From NCBI GenBank assembly GCA_964639785.1, contig CAZXEE010000002.1:79273-143272 (forward strand): 64,000 bases of DNA, given 5' to 3'. The stretch is from an uncultured Gammaproteobacteria bacterium (lineage in GTDB: Bacteria; Patescibacteriota; Patescibacteriia; Patescibacteriales; UBA12465). The notes beneath the pieces were generated by a model. The model was not told the DNA's origin and did not search any database. It worked only from the letters and a program-made list of their open reading frames with translations. A program made the position numbers and the translations under genes. The stretch's first letter is position 1. The number at the start of each line of letters is the position of its first letter. Positions 36,582-45,622 of this stretch are shown piece by piece.

Positions 36582-37148
36582 ATGTCAACTACTCTCTGGG
36601 TTGTCTTAGGGATTGTCGCTCTTTTGATTTTAGTCTTGGTTTCCATGTACAACGGTTTGATCCGTTTGAAGAACCGGGTTGAGGAAGCTCGGAGTGATAT
36701 GGATGTCCAGATGAAACGCCGTTATGATTTGATTCCAAATTTAGTCGAAATCGTTAAGGGCTATGCCGCTCATGAGCAGGCAACCTTAGAAAAAGTGATC
36801 AATGCTCGCAATCAAGCGATGGCTGCTAATTCCAAGGGAAGTGCTGCTGAGCAGATCCAGGCTGAAAATAATTTATCTTCAACCTTGAAATCGATCTTTG
36901 CCTTGTCGGAAAATTATCCGGATCTGAAAGCTAACCAGAATTTTTTGGAATTGCAACGGGAGCTAACTGACACCGAAGACAAGATTATGGCCTCTCGCCG
37001 TTTCTATAATGGCAATGTCCGTGATTTCAATACTAAATTGCAGGTTTTTCCAACTAATATCATTGGAAAGCAATTAGGCTTCCTGACTTATCCTTTCTTT
37101 GAGATTACTGAAGAAAAACAGAAAGAGCCGGTAGCCATTAAGTTTTAA
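36582..37148 (+). CDS. lemA: LemA family membrane protein
   Basis: N-terminal TM helix. YNGLIRLKNRVEEARSDMDVQMKRRYDLIPNLV...RRFYNGNVRDFNTKLQVFP. Confidence 0.92.
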   Translation: MSTTLWVVLGIVALLILVLVSMYNGLIRLKNRVEEARSDMDVQMKRRYDLIPNLVEIVKGYAAHEQATLEKVINARNQAMAANSKGSAAEQIQAENNLSSTLKSIFALSENYPDLKANQNFLELQRELTDTEDKIMASRRFYNGNVRDFNTKLQVFPTNIIGKQLGFLTYPFFEITEEKQKEPVAIKF

Positions 37149-37168
37149 TTAAACTTAAATCCAATATT

Positions 37169-37303
37169 ATGAATCAATCTTTAGCGGATGTTGCTCCTCA
37201 AGCGGGCAGCGGTTTCACCTTCGGTGATTTTTTGCCGATTCTCGGAATCTTAATCTTGGGTGGCGTCGTCTTCTTGCTGGTGAAAAAATATTTTTTCGAC
37301 TAA
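37169..37303 (+). CDS. Unlisted small ORF: 44-aa single-TM protein between lemA and htpX
   Basis: Manual translation gives MNQSLADVAPQAGSGFTFGDFLPILGILILGGVVFLLVKKYFFD. It fills the lemA-htpX gap, starting 20 nt after lemA and ending 3 nt before htpX. Confidence 0.4.
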   Translation: MNQSLADVAPQAGSGFTFGDFLPILGILILGGVVFLLVKKYFFD

Positions 37304-37306
37304 TCT

Positions 37307-38218
37307 ATGACTCTCTATAATAATGTCAGTTCTAACAAGCGTAAGACTTGGATGCTTTTGTTCGGCTTCTCGATATTTATTATCTTGGTAGCCTATGTTT
37401 TCGCTTTTGCCATGGATGAACCGGCTATCTTGTATGCCGTAGTCTTTTTCAGTATCATTTCCAGTTTTGTCAGCTATTGGTGGAGCGATAAGATAGTATT
37501 GGCGATGAGCGGAGCCCATGAAGTTGTCCATGATTCTAATCGCGAGCTTTATCACATTGTGGAGAATCTTTGTATTACGGCCGGTCTGCCTCAGCCTAAG
37601 ATATATTTGATTGAGGATAGTGCACCGAATGCTTTTGCTACTGGCCGGGATCCGAAACATGCGGTAATCGCTGTTACCTCCGGTCTTTTGGACAAGCTGG
37701 ATAAGGCGGAGTTGGAGGGGGTTATTGCCCATGAATTATCACATATTGGAAATCGCGATATATTATTGGCCACCATCGTTACCGTTTTAGTCGGCATAGT
37801 AGTCTTATTGGCCGATTGGTTCATGCGGTTCAGCTTATTTGGTAATCGGAAAGATGATGATAATCGGGAAAATGGCCAATTGGCGGCTATTGTTACTATC
37901 ATCGCTATCATCTTAGCTATTCTAGCCCCATTCTTTGCTTATATGATGCAGTTCGCCATTTCTCGGAAGCGGGAATTCTTGGCTGATTCTAATGGAGCTT
38001 TGTTGACTCGGTATCCGGAAGGATTGGCTCGGGCGCTGGAGAAGATATCAGCCGATAGTGAGCCCCTGGAAGTGGCTAATCGGGCTACAGCCCATCTATA
38101 TTTCTCATCTCCATTCAAGGAGAATGAAGGCCGGAAGATATCTTGGCTTACTAAGATGTTTATGACCCATCCGCCGGTAGAGGAAAGGGTCAAGGCCTTG
38201 CGCGATTCGGAAAAATAG
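37307..38218 (+). CDS. htpX: M48-family zinc metalloprotease HtpX
   Basis: HELSHIGNRD zinc motif, four TM helices, C-terminal THPPVEERV. Confidence 0.93.
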   Translation: MTLYNNVSSNKRKTWMLLFGFSIFIILVAYVFAFAMDEPAILYAVVFFSIISSFVSYWWSDKIVLAMSGAHEVVHDSNRELYHIVENLCITAGLPQPKIYLIEDSAPNAFATGRDPKHAVIAVTSGLLDKLDKAELEGVIAHELSHIGNRDILLATIVTVLVGIVVLLADWFMRFSLFGNRKDDDNRENGQLAAIVTIIAIILAILAPFFAYMMQFAISRKREFLADSNGALLTRYPEGLARALEKISADSEPLEVANRATAHLYFSSPFKENEGRKISWLTKMFMTHPPVEERVKALRDSEK

Positions 38219-38338
38219 TGTATATAAATAAATCTAAATAAAATAATTAATACCTAATTGAATTTCGGTTGCCGGAGCGGAATCTGGATTATAATCTAAA
38301 ACAAGCGGTTTTAAATTGTAATTTCGATTTCTGCTTGG

Positions 38339-38367
38339 AACCAGCCGAATTTTAAGGTTGGTTTTTT
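38339..38367 (+). terminator. Terminator-like hairpin plus U-tract ending 6 nt before the pyk ATG
   Basis: aaccagcc (38339-38346) / ggttggtt (38356-38363, one G-U pair), then tttttt. It could terminate htpX or attenuate pyk. Confidence 0.5.
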
Positions 38368-38373
38368 GTTGTT

Positions 38374-39417
38374 ATGAACACCAAAATCATAGCTACTATC
38401 GGCCCCAAATCTCAGGATTATGAGATTTTGAAGGCGATGGTGGTCGGAGGAGTAAATATCGTTCGGATTAACTTTTCTCACGCCACTCCAGAGCAATACC
38501 ATGTCATCAAGGCTAATCTGGATAAGATCAAGGCTGAAACTGGTCTGGAAGTTAAAGTTCTTTTTGATCTTCAGGGTCCTCGGATCCGGGTAGGAAAGTT
38601 AGCTCATGAAGTTGAGATGCGCGAAGGCGAAGTCTATTCTTTCTTGTATAATACTGGAAATGTCGATAATTTTGAGATCCCGATCGATGACGACGGCTTA
38701 GCTGAGGATATCAAGGTAGGCGAGCCATTCTTCTTGGCTAATGGGGATTTGGAATTAAGAGTGGTGGATATCAAGGATGGAGCTATCATGGCTCAGGTTG
38801 AGAGAGGCGGATTATTATTATCCCGCAAGGCTATCAATATCCCGAAGACCGTTTTGAATCGTGACGTTTTGACCCCCAAGGATTTAGAAGATATCAAATT
38901 TGCACTTGAGGTCAAGCCGGATTATGTCGCTATGTCTTTCGTGCAAACCGGTGACAATGTCAGACGTTTGCGCGAATTATTGGGAGATAGCGGAATTGGT
39001 ATTATCGTCAAGATTGAGCGTGGCACCGCCTTGGATTGTATTGATGATATCATCAGGGGGTCAGATGGCGTAATGGTGGCTCGAGGCGATTTAGGTATCG
39101 AAGTTCCTTTAGAAGATCTGCCAATCATTCAGAAGAACTTGATCCGCCATGCTCATTGGCATGACAAGCCAGCTATCGTCGCTACCCAGATGATGATCTC
39201 TATGGTCAACCATCCTCGTCCTACTCGGGCTGAGGTGAGTGACGTAGCCAATGCTATCTTTGACGGCGCTGATTCTTTGATGTTGTCAGATGAAACAGCG
39301 GCTGGCGAATATCCGGTAGAAACCGTCAAGACTATGAAAAAGATTATTGATCGGACTAATAATTATTTCAATAATCGTAATTATTTTGAAGATACTGGTA
39401 TCACTTATAAGAAATAG
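38374..39417 (+). CDS. pyk: Pyruvate kinase, short form lacking the C-terminal regulatory domain
   Basis: NTKIIATIGPKS, MVARGDLGIEVP and ATQMMISMV...PTRAEVSDVANAI motifs. Only 347 aa. Confidence 0.9.
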   Translation: MNTKIIATIGPKSQDYEILKAMVVGGVNIVRINFSHATPEQYHVIKANLDKIKAETGLEVKVLFDLQGPRIRVGKLAHEVEMREGEVYSFLYNTGNVDNFEIPIDDDGLAEDIKVGEPFFLANGDLELRVVDIKDGAIMAQVERGGLLLSRKAINIPKTVLNRDVLTPKDLEDIKFALEVKPDYVAMSFVQTGDNVRRLRELLGDSGIGIIVKIERGTALDCIDDIIRGSDGVMVARGDLGIEVPLEDLPIIQKNLIRHAHWHDKPAIVATQMMISMVNHPRPTRAEVSDVANAIFDGADSLMLSDETAAGEYPVETVKTMKKIIDRTNNYFNNRNYFEDTGITYKK

Positions 39418-39433
39418 GCTTGGTTAGTATATT

Positions 39434-39463
39434 AAAAAGAGGCGGTTTTTACCGCCTCTTTTT
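39434..39463 (+). terminator. Rho-independent terminator after pyk
   Basis: agaggcgg (39438-39445) / ccgcctct (39452-39459), followed by ttttt. Confidence 0.85.
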
Positions 39464-39530
39464 GGTTGACAATGATAGCGGCAAAAGGTTAAACTATAAG
39501 TGTAATTAATAAATATTTTGGCTTAAATAA

Positions 39531-40550
39531 ATGAAAAAAAATGAAGGAAAATTGAAAGTCGCCTTAGCTTCAATGCCGCCTTTTGTTTTTGGTTCAGATA
39601 GCCGGTATTCCGGTTTTGAAGTTGAATTATGGGAAATGATCGCCAAGGAGATCGGAGCTGATTTTGAGTATGAGAAGCATGATTTTCAGGAGTTGATTCC
39701 TCTGGTGGCAGCTCGGAAAGCTGACCTGGCTTTTGCTTCCATAACTATTAATGAAAAAAGGGAAGAAGTGGTTGATTTCTCTCATCCGACTTTCGATTCC
39801 GGCTTACGCATTTTGTTATCGAAGAATCGGAAGAACGTAAATCTGGTTAGCACTATCAAGTCTTTTTTTGTTTCAGGTAAAAAACAATTATTCAAGCCAT
39901 TCTTATTTTTGTTAGGGATAATATTTATCTTCGGAAATGTCCTTTGGCTGGCTGAAAAAGGCGGCGTCATATCCGGATCATATTTTCCTGGAATCTTTCA
40001 GTCTATCTGGTTGTCCTTATGTATCATGATTGGTAATGCGGGTAATTTTTTCGTTTATGGCGTTACTTCTTGGGCGGGAAGATTGGTTGTAACCATGGAG
40101 AAGATTACCAGTCTAGCGATACTCGGTATCTTGATCGGAGAATTGACCGCTTTTCTTACTACCAGAAAAATCAAGTTCAATATTTCTGGTCCGGATGATT
40201 TGCGCGATCGGAAGGTGGCGACGGTAAAGGGGACTACGAGTGAAGCAGTTTTGCGTGATTTAGGAGCTGTAGTCGTTTCCACCTTGACCATTGAAGAAGC
40301 TTATGACAAGCTCAAGGATAATCAGGTTGAGGCTGTAGTCTTTGATTCTCCAATCCTGATACATTATGCTATGCAGGAAGGCTCTAGCTGGTCTTATGTA
40401 GTCGGCGATGTGTTTGAAAGACAGAATTATGGTTTTGTTATGCATAAATCCAGCCCTTTGCGCAAGGTTATTAATTTAGCTATCTTATCGCTCAAGGAAA
40501 GCGGATATTATGAAGCCTTATACCAGAAATGGTTCGGCAAGAGGAAATAA
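39531..40550 (+). CDS. Ionotropic glutamate receptor-like ligand-gated channel (S1 - M1 - pore loop - M2 - S2 architecture)
   Basis: SBP type 3 lobe (KADLAFASITINEKREEVVDFSHP) is interrupted by TM LFKPFLFLLGIIFIFGNVLWL, pore-loop GIFQSIWLSLCIMIGNAG and TM GRLVVTMEKITSLAILGILIGELTAFLTT. The domain then resumes (KVATVKGTTSEAVL...VFDSPIL). Confidence 0.75.
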   Translation: MKKNEGKLKVALASMPPFVFGSDSRYSGFEVELWEMIAKEIGADFEYEKHDFQELIPLVAARKADLAFASITINEKREEVVDFSHPTFDSGLRILLSKNRKNVNLVSTIKSFFVSGKKQLFKPFLFLLGIIFIFGNVLWLAEKGGVISGSYFPGIFQSIWLSLCIMIGNAGNFFVYGVTSWAGRLVVTMEKITSLAILGILIGELTAFLTTRKIKFNISGPDDLRDRKVATVKGTTSEAVLRDLGAVVVSTLTIEEAYDKLKDNQVEAVVFDSPILIHYAMQEGSSWSYVVGDVFERQNYGFVMHKSSPLRKVINLAILSLKESGYYEALYQKWFGKRK

Positions 40551-40641
40551 TCGTCCTTTGATATCGGGCTTGTTTGATGGCCTTAGCCCTGTTTGTAAAG
40601 GTCTGAGGTAATCAAATGAGTCAAACCAAAAATCACAGAAA

Positions 40642-41118
40642 ATGGAAAATATCAAAGAAAGCGATCTTTTTAAACATTATTCGGATATTATTGACGGGAA
40701 TTGCTTGTCAGTTTCCGGAGATGTGTCAGAAATCAAGGAAAAATTAGCTGAATGGTTGGAGTTCCAAGATCAGATTTTCAATCAAGCTTCATGGTGGAAA
40801 CTATTCAAGCGGAATTGGTGTGTCAGGCACAACAAGTATCAATCTTTTGATCCTTTTATTTCCAATGATCCGCCGGAACATAGCGTCGGATCTTGTTCGG
40901 AGATATTCCTAAGGGATGTCTTTACCAATCCTTTTCCTTCCTCGTATGACATGGATGATTGGGCTCTTTCGATAAAGCTAGCTGATATCTTTATCCTAAA
41001 AGGGGTAACTAGGAGAGCTTCTTCGAATTTCTTCGTTCATGTCAAAAATCATTTCGTCAATCATCGGATGGTCCGAGGAGTCATCCAATTTGACATCTAT
41101 CGCGTTAAAAATTATTGA
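40642..41118 (+). CDS. Hypothetical protein (158 aa)
   Basis: ORF followed by a strong terminator. I recognised no family. Confidence 0.45.
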   Translation: MENIKESDLFKHYSDIIDGNCLSVSGDVSEIKEKLAEWLEFQDQIFNQASWWKLFKRNWCVRHNKYQSFDPFISNDPPEHSVGSCSEIFLRDVFTNPFPSSYDMDDWALSIKLADIFILKGVTRRASSNFFVHVKNHFVNHRMVRGVIQFDIYRVKNY

Positions 41119-41127
41119 GCTTACCTC

Positions 41128-41155
41128 AAAAACTGCGGCTAACCGCAGTTTTTTA
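41128..41155 (+). terminator. Rho-independent terminator
   Basis: aactgcgg (41131-41138) / ccgcagtt (41143-41150), followed by tttttt. Confidence 0.85.
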
Positions 41156-41174
41156 TTATATTTATGGACTTTTT

Positions 41175-41203
41175 TTGACTTTTCTGTTCATCTTTTGTAT
41201 ACT
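41175..41203 (+). promoter_or_regulatory. Predicted rnpB promoter TTGACT, 17-nt spacer, TG-extended TATACT
   Basis: ttgact at 41175-41180 and tgTATACT at 41196-41203. Confidence 0.6.
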
Positions 41204-41207
41204 AGGG

Positions 41208-41582
41208 TTAGTTGGGATAGGCGGATAGCCGCCCTTTGCTTTGGGCATCGGGAGGAAAGTCCGGACTCCTGGGCCTCTTTAGGCCAGCGATAGTGGGTAA
41301 CGCCCACCGGACCCTTCCGAGGGTTTAGGGAAAGTGCCACAGAGACTATACTAATCCGTCTTCGGGCGGATGAAAGGTGAAAAGTTGGCTATTCATAGCC
41401 TTCGCCCTCTGGCGACAGAGGTGCGTGGTAAACCCTATCGGGGAGCAAGAACAAACCTTATCCTTCGGGCTAAGGAAAAAGTAGTTCGCCAGACCTTAAT
41501 AGTAATATTAGGGCTAGATAAATGGCTATCCAGGGAAATTGATTTTTCCCGGACAGAATCCGGCTTATAGCCTTTCTCAATC
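41208..41582 (+). ncRNA. rnpB: RNase P RNA, bacterial type A
   Basis: Conserved blocks GGAGGAAAGTCCGGAC, AGTGCCACAGA, GGTAAACCC and ACAGAATCCGGCTTA. P1 pairing gttgggataggc / gcctttctcaat. End coordinates are approximate, within a few nt. Confidence 0.9.
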
Positions 41583-41658
41583 ATGCAGAAATCAAAAAAC
41601 AAAGATCAAACATTTTGATTTTTGCCTTTTGCCTTTTGTTTAAAAATTAATTTACAAT

Positions 41659-43107
41659 ATGAAAAAATCTGAGTTTATTTTCTCGTTACTTTTAGTCCCT
41701 TTGGACTATCTGATGATTTTTTTAGCCGGAATCTCTGCTTATTATCTGCGTTTCTCTGAATTTACGATTGGTATCCGGCCCGTCCAGTTCGATTTCAATA
41801 TCGCATCTTATAACTTGGTCGTCTTGGTGGTTGGCGTTATCTGGGTGATAATCTTCGCCTTAAGCGGTCTTTATGCCATTTCTAATCCGCGTAAGATCGC
41901 TCAGGAAATTTGGGGCGTAATCGTGGCTTGTTCTTTAGGTTTAGTGGTGGTAGTGGTTTATATCTTCTTTGTCCGGGAAATGTTCAATTCTCGGTTCATA
42001 GTCTTAGCCGGCTATTTGTTCGCTATCCTTTACGTGATAATCGCTCGATTATTGGTACGTTATTTACAGAAGATGCTTTTCCATTATGGCATCGGAGTCC
42101 GTAAGGTTATTTTAGTGGGAGCCGCTAAAACTGCGGATAGCTTGGTTCATGAATTCTTCTCTCATCCTCGTTCCGGTTATGAAGTGGTCAAGAGGGTTAG
42201 GGATTTTTCTTTGGACACCGTGCATGAATTAGATGATTTTATCAAAGAATATGAATCAGGGAAGATCGAGCATCGTGGTGATGCTGTAATTGACGAGATT
42301 ATCCAAGCTGATCCTAATATGAGCAAGGTAGAGACTTTGCGTCTTTATGATTTTGCCAATGATCATCATTTGGTTTTCAAATACGTAGCTGACTTATTGG
42401 GAGTCAAAGTGTTGCGGACTGAAGTTTCGGAAATTGCCGGTATCCCAGTGGCTGAAGTGAAGAGAACTACTTTAGAAGGTTGGGGCACTATTACCAAACG
42501 CTTAGTGGATGTCGTCTTGTCCGGTTTGATAATCATCCTAATCTCTCCAATCTTGTTGATCACTATGATAGCTATCAAGTTGGATTCTCACGGACCGATC
42601 TTCTTTTCTCGACGAGATGACGGCTCTTATCTTTATCGTATCGGACGCGGCGGCAAGCCGTTCAAATATTTTAAATTCCGTTCTATGATCCCGGGTACTG
42701 ATAATATGCGTTACAAGGAATTAGCTGACAGGAATGTCCGAGGCGATGGTCCGATGGTTAAGATCAAGGATGATCCTCGGGTGACTCGAGTAGGAAAGTT
42801 TATCCGTCGCTGGAGTATCGATGAATTGCCGGAATTATTCCTAGTCTTTATCGGCCGGATGAGTCTTATCGGTCCTCGGCCTCATTTGCCGGAAGAAGTG
42901 GCTAAATATGAACAGCATCACCGCAAGACTTTGACTATTAAGCCGGGCATCACCGGTTTGGCCCAGGTTTCCGGTCGGAGCGACTTGGCTTTTGAAGAAG
43001 AAGCTAAATTGGATATCTATTATATCGAGAATTGGTCCTTACTTCTGGACCTGTCTATTCTATTAAAAACTCCTTTTGCGGTCTTGAAACACCGCGAAGT
43101 AGAATAA
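41659..43107 (+). CDS. Polyprenyl-phosphate glycosylphosphotransferase (bacterial sugar transferase, WbaP/EpsL-like)
   Basis: Multi-TM N-terminus. C-terminal domain KRLVDVVLSGLIIILISPILL...PRPHLPEEV...KPGITGLAQVSGRSDL. Confidence 0.9.
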   Translation: MKKSEFIFSLLLVPLDYLMIFLAGISAYYLRFSEFTIGIRPVQFDFNIASYNLVVLVVGVIWVIIFALSGLYAISNPRKIAQEIWGVIVACSLGLVVVVVYIFFVREMFNSRFIVLAGYLFAILYVIIARLLVRYLQKMLFHYGIGVRKVILVGAAKTADSLVHEFFSHPRSGYEVVKRVRDFSLDTVHELDDFIKEYESGKIEHRGDAVIDEIIQADPNMSKVETLRLYDFANDHHLVFKYVADLLGVKVLRTEVSEIAGIPVAEVKRTTLEGWGTITKRLVDVVLSGLIIILISPILLITMIAIKLDSHGPIFFSRRDDGSYLYRIGRGGKPFKYFKFRSMIPGTDNMRYKELADRNVRGDGPMVKIKDDPRVTRVGKFIRRWSIDELPELFLVFIGRMSLIGPRPHLPEEVAKYEQHHRKTLTIKPGITGLAQVSGRSDLAFEEEAKLDIYYIENWSLLLDLSILLKTPFAVLKHREVE

Positions 43108-43110
43108 AAT

Positions 43111-44244
43111 ATGAAAGTAGCTTTAGTCCATGACCACCTAGCTCAAGATGGGGGCGCTGAAAAAGTCCTGCAGGTTTTTGCTGGTATGTATCCGGAGGCT
43201 CCGATCTACACCCTTCTTTATGAGAAGAATAATGCTAACAAGAATTATAAAGGGAAAACGATTGAGACTTCGGTTATTCAGAAATTACCAGGCGGGGTTA
43301 GACATTATCAATGGTATCTGCCATTTATGCCGCTGGCAGTGGAATTCTTCGATTTGAATGAATATGACTTGGTCATATCTGATACCAGCTCTTTCGCTAA
43401 AGGTGTAATCACCTCACCGCATACTCTCCATGTCTGCTATTGCCATACTCCGACCAGGTATCTTTGGAGCGATACCCATCAATATATCAATGAGCTGAAG
43501 TATAATAAGTGGATGAAAAAGATTATCTCTTTGATCCTGACTCGGATCCGGATGTGGGACAAGCTGGCGGCTGACCGGGTAGACGTCTTTATCGCTAATT
43601 CCAAAACTGTCCAGAAGCGAATCACTAAATATTACCGCCGGGATAGCGTAGTTATCTATCCGCCGGTAGAGACTGAACGTTTCAGCGTAGCTAGCGTTGA
43701 TCCGATGAAGCAGGATAAGCCATATTTCTTGATCGGTTGCCGCTTAGCGCCTTACAAGAGAGTGGATATCACTATTGAAGCTTTCAAGGCTTTAGGCGAA
43801 GAATATCGCTTGAAGGTCTTCGGTGACGGCGTCGATATGAAGAGATTGAAAAAGATTGCCGGCGACTCCGGTAACATTGAATTTATCGGTCGGGTTAGCG
43901 ATGAAGAGAAAGCCGACCTTTATAGCAATGCTTTGGCTTTTATCAACCCGCAGGAAGAAGATTTTGGCATCACTCCGGTGGAAGCTATGGCTTCTGGCCG
44001 TCCAGTCTTGGCTTATCGTAAGGGAGGAGCGACGGAAACGGTAAAAGAAGGGGAAACTGGATTATTCTTCGATGAACAGACTTCAGAAGCGATTGCCGAT
44101 ATCGTGCACAAATTTTATACGAAAACCAGAGAAGGGGAATATCATTGGGATAGCGCTGCTATCCGCCAGCATGCCGAGGCTTTTTCTGTAGCTAATTTCA
44201 AGAGACAGATAACGGAATTCATTTCTCAGCACTATAAAAAATAA
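43111..44244 (+). CDS. Glycosyltransferase, GT4 family
   Basis: GT-B C-terminal motif EDFGITPVEAMASGRPVLA (E-x7-E). 377 aa. Confidence 0.85.
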   Translation: MKVALVHDHLAQDGGAEKVLQVFAGMYPEAPIYTLLYEKNNANKNYKGKTIETSVIQKLPGGVRHYQWYLPFMPLAVEFFDLNEYDLVISDTSSFAKGVITSPHTLHVCYCHTPTRYLWSDTHQYINELKYNKWMKKIISLILTRIRMWDKLAADRVDVFIANSKTVQKRITKYYRRDSVVIYPPVETERFSVASVDPMKQDKPYFLIGCRLAPYKRVDITIEAFKALGEEYRLKVFGDGVDMKRLKKIAGDSGNIEFIGRVSDEEKADLYSNALAFINPQEEDFGITPVEAMASGRPVLAYRKGGATETVKEGETGLFFDEQTSEAIADIVHKFYTKTREGEYHWDSAAIRQHAEAFSVANFKRQITEFISQHYKK

Positions 44245-44289
44245 AAGAGACAATTATTAGTTAATTGCCTCTGATTTTTTTGGATTTTT

Positions 44290-44406
44290 TTAGCATCTGA
44301 TTCTGTCAAAAATATTATCGACGACGATCAATAATAGGAATATTTTCCAACAGAACCAAAGCTTTATCATTTTGAAAAAAACATCGATTTTTTCTTTTAT
44401 TTTCAT
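44290..44406 (-). CDS. Unlisted small ORF: 38-aa hydrophobic peptide on the minus strand between the two GT4 genes
   Basis: Manual translation gives MKIKEKIDVFFKMIKLWFCWKIFLLLIVVDNIFDRIRC. SD-like aagggggtaatcATG. A hairpin at 44246-44285 plus a T run follows on the minus strand. Confidence 0.3.
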   Translation of the reverse strand: MKIKEKIDVFFKMIKLWFCWKIFLLLIVVDNIFDRIRC

Positions 44407-44462
44407 GATTACCCCCTTTTTATATATCGATAATATTACCCCAATCAATTTAATTTAGCAAT

Positions 44463-45617
44463 ATGCCTAAGATCGGAATCGATATCCGAACCCTGATGGA
44501 TAAGCATTATAGTGGTGTTTCGGAATATACCTTCAATCTAGTTAATGAATTTTTGCGTTTAGACCGGAATGATGAATTCCGACTGTATTATAATTCCGGT
44601 CATGACATCTCGGATCGTTTGCCAGTCTTTTCTGAAAAGAACGTCCAGGTTTTCGGTACCCGTTATCCGAATAAGATCTTTAATTACGCCTTACAGAAGC
44701 TTCTTGGTTATCCTAAGATCGACCGGGTGATCGGCGGGGCGGATGTTTTTTGGAGTCCGCATATTAATTTCTTGTCGTTAACGAAAGCTCCCCATAGTTT
44801 TTTGACTATTCACGATCTGTCCTTTTTGCGTTATCCAGAGTTTTTTAATAAGCGGAAAAATTTCTGGCATCGATTGATCAATGTGAAAAATCTGGCAGAT
44901 AAGTTCGATCATCTGATCGCTGTTTCTCAAAATACTAAGAATGATATCGTGGAACTTTTGGGGGTTGATCCTGACAAGGTGACAGTGATCCATTCGGGCA
45001 TTGATAGCGATTATCGTCCGGTTGATGACATGGAAAAGATCGAGCGGGTCCGTTACAAATACCAATTGCCCAAGAAGTTCATACTATATCTGGGTAACGT
45101 CGAACCGCGTAAGAACCTAATCGGCCTAATTAGGGCTTATAACGAATTACGCCATGACCATCCGGAAGCAGCTGATATCAAATTGGTCGTGGCTGGAGCT
45201 ACCGGATGGAAAATCAAGGATATTTTTAATGAATTGAATAGTTCCGAATATCGTGATGATATTAAGTTTTTGGGTTATGTCGATAAGGCGGATAAACCGG
45301 CTTTGTATAGCTCTTGCTTAGTTTTTGTCTATCCTTCTTTTTATGAAGGCTTCGGCTTTCCACCGCTTGAGGCTATGGCTTGCGGCGCTCCGGTTGTCAC
45401 TAGCAACATCTCCAGTTTGCCGGAAGTGGTCGGCTCAGCCGCTTTGACCGTCGACCCCTATAATTTCGGAGCGATCGCTCGAGCTATCTGGCAGATATTA
45501 TCAGACGAAGAACTGGCGGAAAGGTTGAAAAGGGAAGGCTTGGAGCGATCCAAGTGGTTTAATTGGGAAAATGCGGCCCGCCGATACTTGGATCTGTTTT
45601 CTGGAAATATAAAATAA
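44463..45617 (+). CDS. Glycosyltransferase, GT4 family
   Basis: [20 protein letters not shown] motif. 384 aa. Confidence 0.85.
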   Translation: MPKIGIDIRTLMDKHYSGVSEYTFNLVNEFLRLDRNDEFRLYYNSGHDISDRLPVFSEKNVQVFGTRYPNKIFNYALQKLLGYPKIDRVIGGADVFWSPHINFLSLTKAPHSFLTIHDLSFLRYPEFFNKRKNFWHRLINVKNLADKFDHLIAVSQNTKNDIVELLGVDPDKVTVIHSGIDSDYRPVDDMEKIERVRYKYQLPKKFILYLGNVEPRKNLIGLIRAYNELRHDHPEAADIKLVVAGATGWKIKDIFNELNSSEYRDDIKFLGYVDKADKPALYSSCLVFVYPSFYEGFGFPPLEAMACGAPVVTSNISSLPEVVGSAALTVDPYNFGAIARAIWQILSDEELAERLKREGLERSKWFNWENAARRYLDLFSGNIK

Positions 45618-45622
45618 ATAAG

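Noticed and set aside
37250-37732. 160-aa minus-strand ORF (and similarly 60098-60643, 181 aa).
   Set aside because: They are antisense to htpX and ruvA respectively, both of which have clear family motifs. The antisense ORFs have no start-site signals.
41039-41570. ORFs 41039-41293 and 41370-41570.
   Set aside because: They lie on the RNase P RNA gene, whose conserved blocks and P1 pairing account for the sequence.
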